In this document: piece after piece, positions 13,442 to 25,200 of the stretch
Layout: each line of letters opens with the position of its first letter
Position numbering within the stretch: the first letter of the stretch is position 1
Source: Magallana gigas
Lineage: Eukaryota
DNA length: 64,000 bases
Reading direction: 5' to 3'
Assembly (NCBI RefSeq): GCF_963853765.1
Contig: NC_088854.1
Coordinates: forward strand, 2,604,001 to 2,668,000
The notes under the pieces: generated by a model
Databases searched by the model: none
Seen by the model: the letters and a program-made list of their open reading frames with translations, nothing else
Told to the model about the DNA's origin: nothing
Program-made: the position numbers and the translations under genes

Positions 13442-13844
13442 CATAGGCGTCGGAACCGGGGGGGCTAGGGGGGGCTTAGCCCCCCCACTTTTGTTGCAAA
13501 GTTATACCTAACCATTAGAAACATAGCATGATAGAGGGTTCAGCCCCCCCCCCCCCACTTTTTCTCGCAGGAAAGACTATTGTTCCTAAATTTACCTTGA
13601 AAGATTGAGAGGTTAGATTCAGAATACTAGCCCCCCCCCCCCCCCCCCCCCCCCCACGGATTAGGAATTTCATGATTTTGAGAAAAAAAATTTTGGTAAG
13701 TAAGTTTTTTTTTTGGAAGTATAGGTATACCCCCCCCCCCCCCCCACGGATTAGGATTTCCATGATTTTGGGAATTACTTTTTTCTCAATATTTCTGAGG
13801 ATTAGTCTAGCCCCCCCACTTTCAATTTGCTTCCGACGCCTATG
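13442..13844. mobile_element. MITE with perfect 14-bp TIR and 5-bp TSD TACCC
   Basis: TACCC|CATAGGCGTCGGAA ... TTCCGACGCCTATG|TACCC, with internal G/C runs and a duplicated CCCCACGGATTAGGA motif. Confidence 0.85.
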
Positions 13845-15114
13845 TACCCGGCCAGCTTATCGGTGCTTTACTGGATTTTACGAGCCTCGATATATACTGT
13901 CCGTAAACAGCATTGAATCGACACAACAAAAGGGGCGGCTCTAACTTATCCCTCAAAGATAATTTTGCTGAATGAAATCATTGTCAATGATTATATCTTT
14001 GTTACACGAGAAATTACCTCAAGGCAAAAACGATGTAATACACTCGCTTGAACAAGATATTAACAACCCATATTCATAAAGTTATACAGAATGACATAAA
14101 ATGAAGATTTTACAGGGCTTCTTTTTCTTTAAAGTACGTTTTATTTGAAGTCCGCGAAGATCATGTTAGTGAAACAAAACCCGGTCCTTTGGCCTCTGTT
14201 TGTTTTAAAGGATGGCCCGAGGACTAAATTTAATCACTGTTTTTCAAGTTCTTTTCTGTCTGTTCAGGAATGCGTGCTTTTGTCACTGTTACATAGCATT
14301 CGCCCTCTACGCCATTTTAAGACTGGATTAAGGATAACACCCATTCATTCGTTCCTATGTATTCGTTTTCCGAAAAGACCACAGAAATCTTTAGTAATTT
14401 TCTTGCTTCCGAACACCGCTTGTCTTTGTATTTTGCTGCTATTTCCCAATCGATAATTTCACTCATACAATACACGTATCTGATGAAGATTCGATAATAA
14501 ATGCAAGGATATGGTAGAGGTATATAACATCTGTGACGCTCTCGTTTCGTCTAAAAGACTGTGCTGTAGCGACTAAAAAAATTAATCAAGCTGTTATTTG
14601 TTACTGTACAGACCCATTCAACGCCGGATTGTAATTATACAAGCATTTGCATGTCAAAGGCCAGTTACGGGACCTAGCGCAGTAGGACACATGGCAAATG
14701 TTATTATTGTGCTTAAGATAACATGATAATTAGCTGTAACAATCATCGATAATTCACTCAAAATTAGTCAATGGATTTTTTTTACCTATCGATCGCATTG
14801 CCGACCACGTGTATGTAACGCAACATTTCATTGGTTGCCCGTCTGGAAAAGGAATTCTGAAACACCGGGCTATATTTGACAACTAAGCTTTGCAGTAGTA
14901 TGTGTAAATTCAGCATTAAATGGACAGTGTTTTCCCTTAAATCTACGACAAGGACACATATGGCCGAGTGTAATCACAGAGTGAATGTGAGCTGTGGCGT
15001 GATGGATCATATATTTATCGAGCGAGCTGTGTAAAAGATCTGGTGTTTATAAAGGTATACAATGTGACATTCCAAGGATATCTCAGGTGTGTTTACATCC
15101 GCTGGACACAGTGA

Positions 15115-18100
15115 ATGATGGATAATATAGGTAAAGGCGCCGGGCTAGGGTCCCACACCGAGGGGGCATTCGAGAGATTTTTGACAGCCGCCATTGCCAC
15201 AATAATAACTATTATGTTTTCGTGGAGGTTGCTAGAAGAGCAACAGGACCAAGTTGACAATGGCCGACCTACAAAATTCAGACCACAACAAATAATCAAT
15301 CCGACGAAAAAAACCGATAAAAATGATGAATGTGACAAACACAATAAAGCTATTGTGGGTAATTCTACCTCGGTGAGCCCCTCTGCCGAAGTGTCGGGCA
15401 TATCGGGTTCGGACGACGGTACATCAAAACTCGCCACATCTGAAGGCTCGGGGCCAGAATATTACTGTGTTTCAGATGATGACGACGATAGTCCTACCTG
15501 GGCCAATTACAGCTGGGAAGACGACATGTATGGCGGCATACACACCCGTAGGACAGCTAGAGACTTTATCTCGTCAGCCAAAACCTTGAAGGACAGTGAC
15601 AAAAACTCATCGCCGGAGAGCAGTGATATTTCACCGCCGCTGTCAAGTCAACTGCTGGAGGAAATGTATGTAAATAGTGAATACAGAAGCGCCGTAGAGG
15701 AAGCAGATAGTTCTATGCAATTTAGTGACAGCAGTGATGATGAGGAGGATGATGAAGAAGAAGAGGAGGGGAGAGATGAGGGTGAATTTTGTTTCCCGCC
15801 TGCAGATGAAAACCAGGTGTTCTGTCCCCAGCCATTGGCTCCCATCATTGAGGAAGATTCCGACGATGAATATGATGACACTGACGAAAGTGAAACCGAA
15901 AGTGAATGTGTTAGGAACCACAAAGTCCCTGACGGTTTGATTGAGGAAAACTTCATGGATGTAAAAGACTCGTCTAACGCAGAGGTTGTTGAACGCATTC
16001 TCGATAATAGCGAACAGCCATTTGACAGGGATTTAACAACAGTGACAGAGGCAGAAAAACAGCAGGAGGGGAATTTAAATGTTAACGAGATTGAAACTAA
16101 AGAATGTGGGGAACTTGATTCAAAGTCGGATATAATTACCGTTAACAATCGCCCCGAAAATCTGACATACTTTGATTCAGACGAAGCGGAAATTATGTGC
16201 AATTCACCTGTGCGAACATGTGCAATTGACGATGACGAGAATCTCTCTGATGAGTCGTGTAGTACTTGTAGTAGTAGCGCCTCGGTACTGACAGTCGTGA
16301 GTGTCAACACGTGGGAAATTAACAAAGCGAAAGAGAAACTAGATAGCCAGCCCTCTGGGCAAGCGTGCTCTACAATGCCCGAATGTGAAAAGGTCAAAGA
16401 CCCTACCAACCAAAGCCTGCTAGCATTCATACACAATACTGAAAACACTCCAGACGACAGCTGCAAAGCTGACTTAACACTACCCCGCAAAACAGCCAAC
16501 CTCACAGATGACCGAGATTTAAATGTACAAGTACAAAAAGATTTAGAAGTGACCATTCCCGTAGATTTGCATACAACAAACGAAAAGCAAAGAACTGCAA
16601 GTGATTTGGATTATGATGAATTCGTGAAATCTATCAATGATCAAAGTGAAATTCGCGGAGATGATGAAGGGAACAAAATCAAAGAAAACGGACGATTAAG
16701 CCCCATATTCGCGGAGGAAACTCGGAATAGCTTGGCATATGACAGTAGATTTGACGACGATGTCCAGCCGCGAGAGTACAACCCGTTCGAGGACGATTTC
16801 TGTGATTTCAGCGAGGACAGCGATGATAGCGACTCGTTCTTTATGGTGGTCGGCAATAACGGGCATCTCAGGAACTTTGAAACTGTGAACAATTTAAACA
16901 TTGCTGGTCTCTCACAGCCATGTGAAGACTTGAGGACTCTTATGCACAGCCCTAATCAGTCATTGGTGTTCACTAGAACCGAGGATATCAGCATAGAGCA
17001 CAGGAGTAGGTATTTCACCCGGGAACGAAATGCCGACACTGAAAACAGTGCCGAGTACTTGAACAATATCAACGAAATAGATTTAGTCATTCGCGAGTCA
17101 AACGAAGTGGTGAGCGATTGTCTGGTGATTTCGGAGAGTCCTTATCCTCCAGCAGACGACAGAGAAATAACAACGGATACAGCGACCATAATTGGTGGAC
17201 GCTCCGAGGAGGACATTATTGCTATAGACGAGAAAACACGTCTTCTTAACGAAGCCAATACAGCCTCAACCAAGATCGATTTTACTCAGCTAGATAATCC
17301 ATCAGCTGTCCAAACAGAAAGCATTCTATCATACACTACAGCAAGTTTAGATAAAGTTGATGAGGACCCAGAGAGAAGTCGTGACAAGAATTTAATACAG
17401 CGTGCTGATGAAGGAGATGAGATCAGTGAAGGCGAGGAGGGTACCCCAGCGTGTGATGGACAGAGTTTACACATATCAGAGGAGGACCTTGTCCTCGAGA
17501 CAGAGTGCACAGCACAACAAGACGAGCTTTTAAATGACCAACAAGAAAATAAACTACACGAACAACACAGGGAAGAAATAGCAGATAAAACAAACAATTC
17601 TAATGACACCGTAGCTGTTGTTGATACTTTGCCAAATTCAAATATAAATGTGTCCACACGTACTTATCCTAACGTAACACAGACCCTAGAGATTAAATCG
17701 GAATTAAACGCTGGATCCCTCACAGACGACCTAAAACAAAGTCCGACTGATCCTTGCAGTATCGAGGATGAGAAGGTCTTAGACGCGAATAGTAATGTAC
17801 GGGACCTACTTCACATCGAAGAGGAGGCGGGATATTGTGATAACTCCCATTCTGTGGAGGAAATAATTCCTAAATCGGATAGTAAAAGTGTAGAGACGAC
17901 ATTGAACGCTATTGATTCTGGTGTTGGGGAATCCGATTTGGAAATGATGAAACGTTCTAAGCCAATTGATCAAGCCGTGTATGATCAAAACCTAGAAATC
18001 TGGAACAAATATTTAGACAAGTCAGCCCCTAGTCGAGTTGCTCGAACCCCTTTACAAAAACCGTCGTCATTTCGCCGAGATGCAAAGGGCGTGAAAGCAA

Positions 18101-19815
18101 AGCTAACTAAACACGTTCCAAAGATGAGACCCCCCTCTGTGTACGAGTCGGTACTTCTAAATCCGGTGTCAGAGCCCGATAGGAAGACCTTTGTTTTCGA
18201 GTTACCAAAAAATGTACCTCTTTCCAGACAAAAAATATTTGCCATGAGACACAAATTTTTAAGTCAAGAAAGCTTGGCACCAAGTCCTATGCAAGACAAG
18301 TTCGCTTCTTACAAAGCCTCGCTTTCATCCCTCCCACGAACGGGGCGCTACAAAAAACGCGAATTGTCCTCATCGCGCAATTCTCTGAGAAACTCTAGCA
18401 TCGAAAGGATAGATCACATTAGTAGCTTATATTCATCTCGTGTTTCATGTGACGAGTCGTTTGAAAAACGAGAACTACATTCCCTGCATGAAAACTGCAT
18501 GTTCTCACCTGCAATACATGAAGAAATTCTTAACACCACAGAATCCATAGACAATTTAGATGGTAGTTTTTCAATGAGTGGGTCTGATATGATGCGCTAC
18601 AGCTCAATGGCATCTCTGGTAGAAACTGATATAGATACTGGCGAAACAACTGAGACACTCTTTGTTTACCCTGATTCTGATGTTGACTATGACTTTGATT
18701 TTCAGAGTTCCATCAAAAGAGCACACAGTATGAGTGAACTGGGTGCCAAAAAGCAGACGAAAAAGACGTCACGTGGTCGTTTCGCAGATAAAAATGTCGC
18801 CAAGTCAAAGAGTCTCCAGACCCTGGAAACAAACATAGATGACGTGTTTACAGCGAAAGGCGAGGGAAACCTCGCGCGTGTACCTTCTGTTCATGAACTA
18901 CGGGTGTCGAAATCTCTACAAAAACTCAATGTGCCGGACTGGTTTAAGAATTCTAGTTTTTCGCGTAGTGGAAGTACATTTAGTTTATATGGATCCCAAC
19001 AAAGACGGGACTCTACTTCTACCATGTCATCAATAGGCTACCCTCCCAGCATCTCCTCGTCCGCTTGCCAGTCTCCTTTACAACAAAACCCTGTCGTCAT
19101 AAGAACTCGAGTAACGCCCCCTAGTGCCAAATTCTTCCGCGGTCCTAAGCTACCAATGACTCCCGAAAAAGCCCCCATATCTCCAGCTAGTATATCTTTA
19201 CCAAGTGACAAATTTAGAAACAAAGAAAAGCCAAAAGAACTAATGCCCATACCTATAGTGCCTTTCTCACAGTTACGACTTATGTTTGAAAAGAGCACGG
19301 ACTCAAGGGCAGCCGACCCTGCTCCGGTGAAACCTACTGTCAATGCCCCTGTTAACGCCCCTTCTGCAACTTCACCTACTAGGCCTAAACATATCCCAGT
19401 AACAGAGACAAAGGTACCGCCATCTATACTCAAAAAGACAACGCCGATCTCGCCGACGATTGAAGACAGGTCTCCAATGCAGCTTACAGAACATTTCTCA
19501 AACGGCGAGCTCAACCATGAGCCATATAAACAACGCAAGCCTCCTGGGGCGGACCAGGCTGTCCCCAAACCGCAGACCGTCGACAAAGAAAGAATCCAGA
19601 AGGAGGAAGTTACGCCACAGAGGGAGATCCCGGACGGTTCGATTCCTCGTGGTGTGCAGCCAAAGAACGCTAGCAACAAGCCTGCGATGGTCGCCCGCCC
19701 CACGCCTGCGCCTAGACAACCCAAACCAGCTGTAGCTGAGTCCGCCCAGAGTAGAAAAGGTGAGAGAGAAAGTACTGATATTAAGACCATACATCTCTTG
19801 ACATTTGTGTATTAA
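15115..19815 (+). CDS. Uncharacterised 1566-aa acidic, Ser/Pro-rich, largely disordered protein encoded by one 4.7-kb exon
   Basis: Uninterrupted 4.7-kb ORF, GC-richer than its flanks, with an in-frame TGA directly before the ATG and an N-terminal hydrophobic segment. A possible donor AAAG|GTGAGA at 19759/19760 means the C-terminus may be spliced. Confidence 0.85.
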   Translation: MMDNIGKGAGLGSHTEGAFERFLTAAIATIITIMFSWRLLEEQQDQVDNGRPTKFRPQQIINPTKKTDKNDECDKHNKAIVGNSTSVSPSAEVSGISGSDDGTSKLATSEGSGPEYYCVSDDDDDSPTWANYSWEDDMYGGIHTRRTARDFISSAKTLKDSDKNSSPESSDISPPLSSQLLEEMYVNSEYRSAVEEADSSMQFSDSSDDEEDDEEEEEGRDEGEFCFPPADENQVFCPQPLAPIIEEDSDDEYDDTDESETESECVRNHKVPDGLIEENFMDVKDSSNAEVVERILDNSEQPFDRDLTTVTEAEKQQEGNLNVNEIETKECGELDSKSDIITVNNRPENLTYFDSDEAEIMCNSPVRTCAIDDDENLSDESCSTCSSSASVLTVVSVNTWEINKAKEKLDSQPSGQACSTMPECEKVKDPTNQSLLAFIHNTENTPDDSCKADLTLPRKTANLTDDRDLNVQVQKDLEVTIPVDLHTTNEKQRTASDLDYDEFVKSINDQSEIRGDDEGNKIKENGRLSPIFAEETRNSLAYDSRFDDDVQPREYNPFEDDFCDFSEDSDDSDSFFMVVGNNGHLRNFETVNNLNIAGLSQPCEDLRTLMHSPNQSLVFTRTEDISIEHRSRYFTRERNADTENSAEYLNNINEIDLVIRESNEVVSDCLVISESPYPPADDREITTDTATIIGGRSEEDIIAIDEKTRLLNEANTASTKIDFTQLDNPSAVQTESILSYTTASLDKVDEDPERSRDKNLIQRADEGDEISEGEEGTPACDGQSLHISEEDLVLETECTAQQDELLNDQQENKLHEQHREEIADKTNNSNDTVAVVDTLPNSNINVSTRTYPNVTQTLEIKSELNAGSLTDDLKQSPTDPCSIEDEKVLDANSNVRDLLHIEEEAGYCDNSHSVEEIIPKSDSKSVETTLNAIDSGVGESDLEMMKRSKPIDQAVYDQNLEIWNKYLDKSAPSRVARTPLQKPSSFRRDAKGVKAKLTKHVPKMRPPSVYESVLLNPVSEPDRKTFVFELPKNVPLSRQKIFAMRHKFLSQESLAPSPMQDKFASYKASLSSLPRTGRYKKRELSSSRNSLRNSSIERIDHISSLYSSRVSCDESFEKRELHSLHENCMFSPAIHEEILNTTESIDNLDGSFSMSGSDMMRYSSMASLVETDIDTGETTETLFVYPDSDVDYDFDFQSSIKRAHSMSELGAKKQTKKTSRGRFADKNVAKSKSLQTLETNIDDVFTAKGEGNLARVPSVHELRVSKSLQKLNVPDWFKNSSFSRSGSTFSLYGSQQRRDSTSTMSSIGYPPSISSSACQSPLQQNPVVIRTRVTPPSAKFFRGPKLPMTPEKAPISPASISLPSDKFRNKEKPKELMPIPIVPFSQLRLMFEKSTDSRAADPAPVKPTVNAPVNAPSATSPTRPKHIPVTETKVPPSILKKTTPISPTIEDRSPMQLTEHFSNGELNHEPYKQRKPPGADQAVPKPQTVDKERIQKEEVTPQREIPDGSIPRGVQPKNASNKPAMVARPTPAPRQPKPAVAESAQSRKGERESTDIKTIHLLTFVY

Positions 19816-22207
19816 TCATTGATATTTGTGTATGTGAATTTTCATGCGGCTTTCATGTTTTGGTCATTCTGACCCGCTTCGTTGGACAGGTATGGTACTT
19901 TTATTGCTTTGACGTAGATCTACATGTGTGTTATACCTTAACGAGATGTTTACAAGTCATTTATCATGAATATTTTTGTATATTTCAGAGACTACAGTTT
20001 GAAACTGGTGGATCATATAGTTGTGTTTCGCAAAGCAATGTTTACTTGTGTACCATTGCTAGTTTACCGACATCGGGCCATAAATCGGATCTGACTGCGA
20101 CTCAGAGGACATCTACATCCGTGTTCATGTTTTGTGCAGGGTTTCTATGAACATTGTGCACTGGATTTGTTCAAATACTACACAACACATGTTGTTCATG
20201 ACTCACTCCAAATGGAAACAAAAGGAGGGTTTTCCTCCTCTCCTAGTCCTTGTGTCAGACGTTTATGGTGTTATCCCATTTGAAAGGAAACTCCCTTTTG
20301 TGTTTTACCAGATTTGTTGTCTTTTTACGTTTTCTTTTTGTGGAATCTGTTCTGTGTGCTGACCTAGATTTAATCGTATCATTCTGCCTTTCTCGCTGGA
20401 TCTTTAATTTGTTCAAAAGAAATGTTTTGACTCTGACACAAAGACCGATTATTATCCTATTTTGTTCAGAAGAATTCGGAATTTACTCCATTTAGTTGGG
20501 ATAGAAAAAAATATTGATATCAAGGTTGGATTGCCTATTTAAAATACTTTTGGATAATCTGTCGAATAAATTGGTTGAAAGGTTGAAACAATTTTAGCAA
20601 GGGGTTTTTTTTGCCATATTGTACTATTTATTACATTTTACAAAACATATCTGTCCAATTATCTGCTATGTTTATGCTTGGCGGAAATTTTATTTGAAGA
20701 CACATCTGTTGCTTTTATCAGCTTGTGACGGTATACAGTTTTGTTACCTGTAATAAGATGGCTACCTGAGGATGGGGATGGCTCCCAGGTGTACCATTGT
20801 GTCTACCTGTGAGAAGAAGCCGAAGCCTCAGTCAGCTGATTAATAAAAAAATCACCAGGTCGGTCTCCTTTGGCTGGAACAAGATTATTTTCTTTTGATT
20901 AATGGCGTTTGAAATTGCTTTTCCTTGGCCGCTCGCTTTTTTTTTCTTTTCTGTATTGTGGCAGACAACAATTTTGTGAAAATAGCTGATATACGAGGCA
21001 CTACAAGATAGGTATTTGATGTTGGCTTGTATACTGCACAGCTTTTGACATTGTGAAAAGGGAATTTGTTTAAGGGGGTTAAAAAGGGGGGTTTATTTTC
21101 ACACTTAGCCCTGTACAGAAGAGGCAGCCCTAGTTTCGCGTCGATCTGTTTTTTATGGACGTATGTGGCCCCGGGGGGTTATGGTGTCTGGCGCTCACAC
21201 TCTCCGTCATTGACCACGCCAGATCATAAGACGGGGAAACTGGTTATGAAAAGATACACAATGAATATATATATTTATTGTCAACTGTTGTTTTACATGT
21301 TTGTTTGTTTGTTTTAAATGTGTGAAAGAGAGAGGAAGAGGATGGTTTTGAATGTCTCGGAATTCTGTTCATTTTATTGTTTCTGAAAACACTGGCATTG
21401 AGAAGGGCAATCGATCCAATATAGCAAGTATTTTACGATATTTTATGAATTGTACATTATAAAATTGTAACTTTCTAAACTTTTTTATTTAACGATATTG
21501 AATTTTACCAAAAAGTTATGTAAATTTCACACATTGTTAAGTTTTATAACTGAACAAAACTTAATAAAAAGATTGTTTAACTTGATATTCCTCCTTTGTT
21601 AGAAATTCATGTGTCATTTCGTGAGAGATTTCACTCTGTTATTGCCACATGCAAGATACTAAATACTATATTTCAACGATATTGCTATGTTTTACAGTAA
21701 CATTGTAACATTCAAAGCTAGATCATGTGCATATCGCCATTGAGTTCAGATATTGAACACATTTGTAATGATGACACTTCTCTTTTTCTTTATAAAAGTA
21801 AACCCACAAGGTAGAAGTAAGCCAAGCCATTTGGCTTTCTTGTCGCGCCACCTAAAGTCTTGTTCGACAATGCTTCCTATGTAGCCAGAGGGAATCTTGT
21901 AATCAAACGGATATAAAACACAAAACATCTCTCTTTTTCCGTTTTATCTAGTTTACCAAAGACACTTTCGACAACAATCCACGGATCACGCTGATATTTA
22001 CAAACATAAGCAGTAAAGTATGATTGTTTTTAAGTAAAATACAGCACATATCTTATATAAACAGATATTTTCTTCATATAACAGCTTATGAAGAAGCAGG
22101 GCTTAATCTATAGTGTTTATGTCAGGTTTTGTTAAATACTAAAGCGGTTCTGACATCTCCTTGCTGACCCCTCAACTTGTGTGTAGGGTACCTTGCCACG
22201 GTCCGAG

Positions 22208-25200
22208 TCAGTCCTTTAGAACATACCCCTTCCTCTCCGGCACGCCTCGACTAAGTGCTGCTCTCCAGTTTTTGGAAGAAAGATAGGTCACCAATATCTC
22301 AAACACTGAAAAGAAACATTCACACGTGAGCCTTTTGATTAAATTGGCTATGATTTAAAAAATACATCTTTGGAGGTAAAGGTGAAAAACTTTATTGCAG
22401 ATCAAACACATAGATAAAATATCACCCATTTCCTTATTAAAACATTTATAAATACGTTTTCTCCATCATGGTTTACTGAGCACAGTGTTAGTGGAGACCT
22501 TCCATTAACTTATTTAGTGTGAAAATTTAATAGGTGTAGATTCGCTGTATGTTTAATAATGTACGATCGAGTCCAGTTTATCTTCCATTAGTTGTATTGA
22601 TTGCAAACTTACCGGTTTTTTATCGCATTACAGAACATCGAATTACATAAATTATGTAAGCGTATCAGTCAACGACAGTGTGATTTATACCGTGTAGTTA
22701 CGTGATTATTCCGTGGATATATTCACCGTGACCACTGGGTCATTCGTAAACACCCGCCAAACTAGAAATCGGGTTTTTCTAGGAATCAAGGGGGCCTCTT
22801 TCTTTTCAGACTATTCCATGATTCACAGTGCAGTAGTACACTTCTACATGTATAGCAATTACTACAGTAGTAGTATTGGGGTATTTTCTCTTCCATGCAG
22901 TTCACTAGGAATTACCGAATATTTTTATAATGTATTCGCTCCATGTTTTATTATTTTAATTGATCGTGCTTTATTTAGAAACCCCCCCCCCCCCCGCCTT
23001 CCCTGCAGACACGTCCATGTAGCATCGTAAGGGGGGGGGGTCCTAAATAAGGCAACCCTTTTTCTTAAATTTACCTAAGGGAAATTAATTGAATTATCAT
23101 GATGTTGGTCCCCACTTTTTGGAGAGCATGTAAACTATTGAAGTGAAAATCAAGAAATCGGAGCTAAAGGAGGTACATGCGACCCCCCCCCCCCCATCAC
23201 AATTAATTTTTTTTTTGCTTGTCGATAATATTTGGATGAATGGGTCCCCCAATCACAGATTAGGATTTTCACGATTTTCTAAAAAAAAAAATAAAAAATG
23301 AATGGGTCAAAAACGATGCTACGCACCTGCCCCGCGATCATATGATCTTCACATGATTTTCAACGTGTCCTATAAAGTTCCATGAAAATTGAATATCCAT
23401 AAAAGATAACTCAAAGCCAAGTTATTATGAAAAATGAAAAACAAAACGAAAAATCATACAAACAGAAGCTAAGTTCGTTATTTCAATAATACAAAAACCG
23501 TATTACACATACAAGTGTATATGCTCTATTTCAGTCCTGTAACAACGGATGCAATTTACAATATAAAAAAAAACAAATGTAAGAAACCATCTTCACTCTT
23601 TACGGCTGTGAATTGATTTGGACAGCTCCGGGATATGAAGATAACTAAGCTTACCCTGATTGATGGCGAGAATTTGCGAGAAATGAATCTGGTCTTTCCT
23701 CCTCATGTAGCGGTCTATTGGGAGACGGTAGGTGGGGATGTTGGCGGCGTCCGCTCTCTGTTTACTCAGGTTCTGTGGGACAGAAACAACAGGGGTAGGC
23801 CAAGAAGTCAATCCCGATCAAATAAAACCCAAATACCGTAACAAATTATAATGGCTGCATTTAATTTAGCTGGATTATTGAGCGATATGCATGTTAATTT
23901 TCAAGGTCTTCCTTGAGAACGACGATGAAGATGTGAGACAAGTGCGTGTTTATTCAAACAATGTAACGAACATGAAATTATCTTAAATGTTTCTGAGTCT
24001 TATCAAAGATAGAAAGCAACTTTGATAAAATTCTGACACAAGTGTTTGATGTTATTCCAATGTTTATTCTTCACAGTATGCTAATTCTTCTGGACAGCTG
24101 ACGAAACAAGACTAGGAATGCCGGCTATGTGGGAACAAATCAAACGGTCGGAAAAGTTACTAACGGTGTGCTGCAAATAATCAAATATTTGCAAGCAATA
24201 CGTAAACAGAATGCGCGTTGTTGATATGTTTTGAATGAATTCTTGCATAAGGAGATTTAATACTAAATAACGATCAGCTCTAGGTTTAGTTTGGGACTTA
24301 TATATACAATGTATACGAGGGTTGTCCCAAAATAATGTAGACAGGACACATAACTTAAAATCTGTTCACTGCAATTTCATTAGACTTCTATGTTTTCTTC
24401 AATGACCCTTTTGCAAACAATGCTGAAAAGTTCAAATCTGTACTTTATTTATTTCTCGAGAAAATGAATAATTAGTAACAACAGGTTTTGTCAGGCGGCG
24501 CAATGTGCGACGTCGAAAATTTCCAGTTTTACGTTGTTGCTACACCCTCCACATCCTTTACGATAACATTTACGTTTTATTTCCGATATGTCTTAGAAAA
24601 AATATTATCTTTGAACATGTACCCTGAGTGCACATTCAACATAAATTTCTTTTTTTGGTTTTTTTTTTAAATTTGTTCTAAGTACAAACGATCTGTTGGC
24701 TCCAAACTTGCCTTGTATTACTTGTTGTCTAACGTCCGTCTTGCCGAAATGTGTCGTTCAACATTTTGACGTCCATTGATATCGTTCGGAGTTTCTTTTT
24801 TCCACTTATTGTCATCATACTTTTTCAAATATTTTCAATGTCGAATTTCTGTCCTAACATGCTTTCATTTCACTAATTTAATCTCAAACAATATTTGATT
24901 TTAAAACATTATCTGAATGCTAATTTCTTAAACCCTTTGTGGCACAAATTTCATCTACCTTTGTCTTCGATTAACTGAATAACGCCACTTGTCTACGCTA
25001 TTTTGGGACAACCCTCGTATGTACTAACTATTCGAATAAAGTACCTGGTTTGGGAGTATTAATAATTGATCCACAATTCTGGTCTTACTAATATATCGCG
25101 TAAATAAAATTTTCTGATTTGGAATATTCTGAGGTAGACAACCTTTTCCGACCATTAAGTGAATTGATTTAGGCCGGACTGCTGGACCACTGGTTACTGA

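Noticed and set aside
13515-13944. Poly-Gly and poly-Pro ORFs
   Set aside because: Derived from the G/C runs of the MITE.
15093-19794. Antisense and alternate-frame ORFs of 60-302 aa
   Set aside because: Shadows of the 1566-aa ORF caused by its biased codon composition.
19816-22200. Downstream exons for the large ORF
   Set aside because: Candidate acceptors give only immediate stops or very short frames; no supported continuation found.
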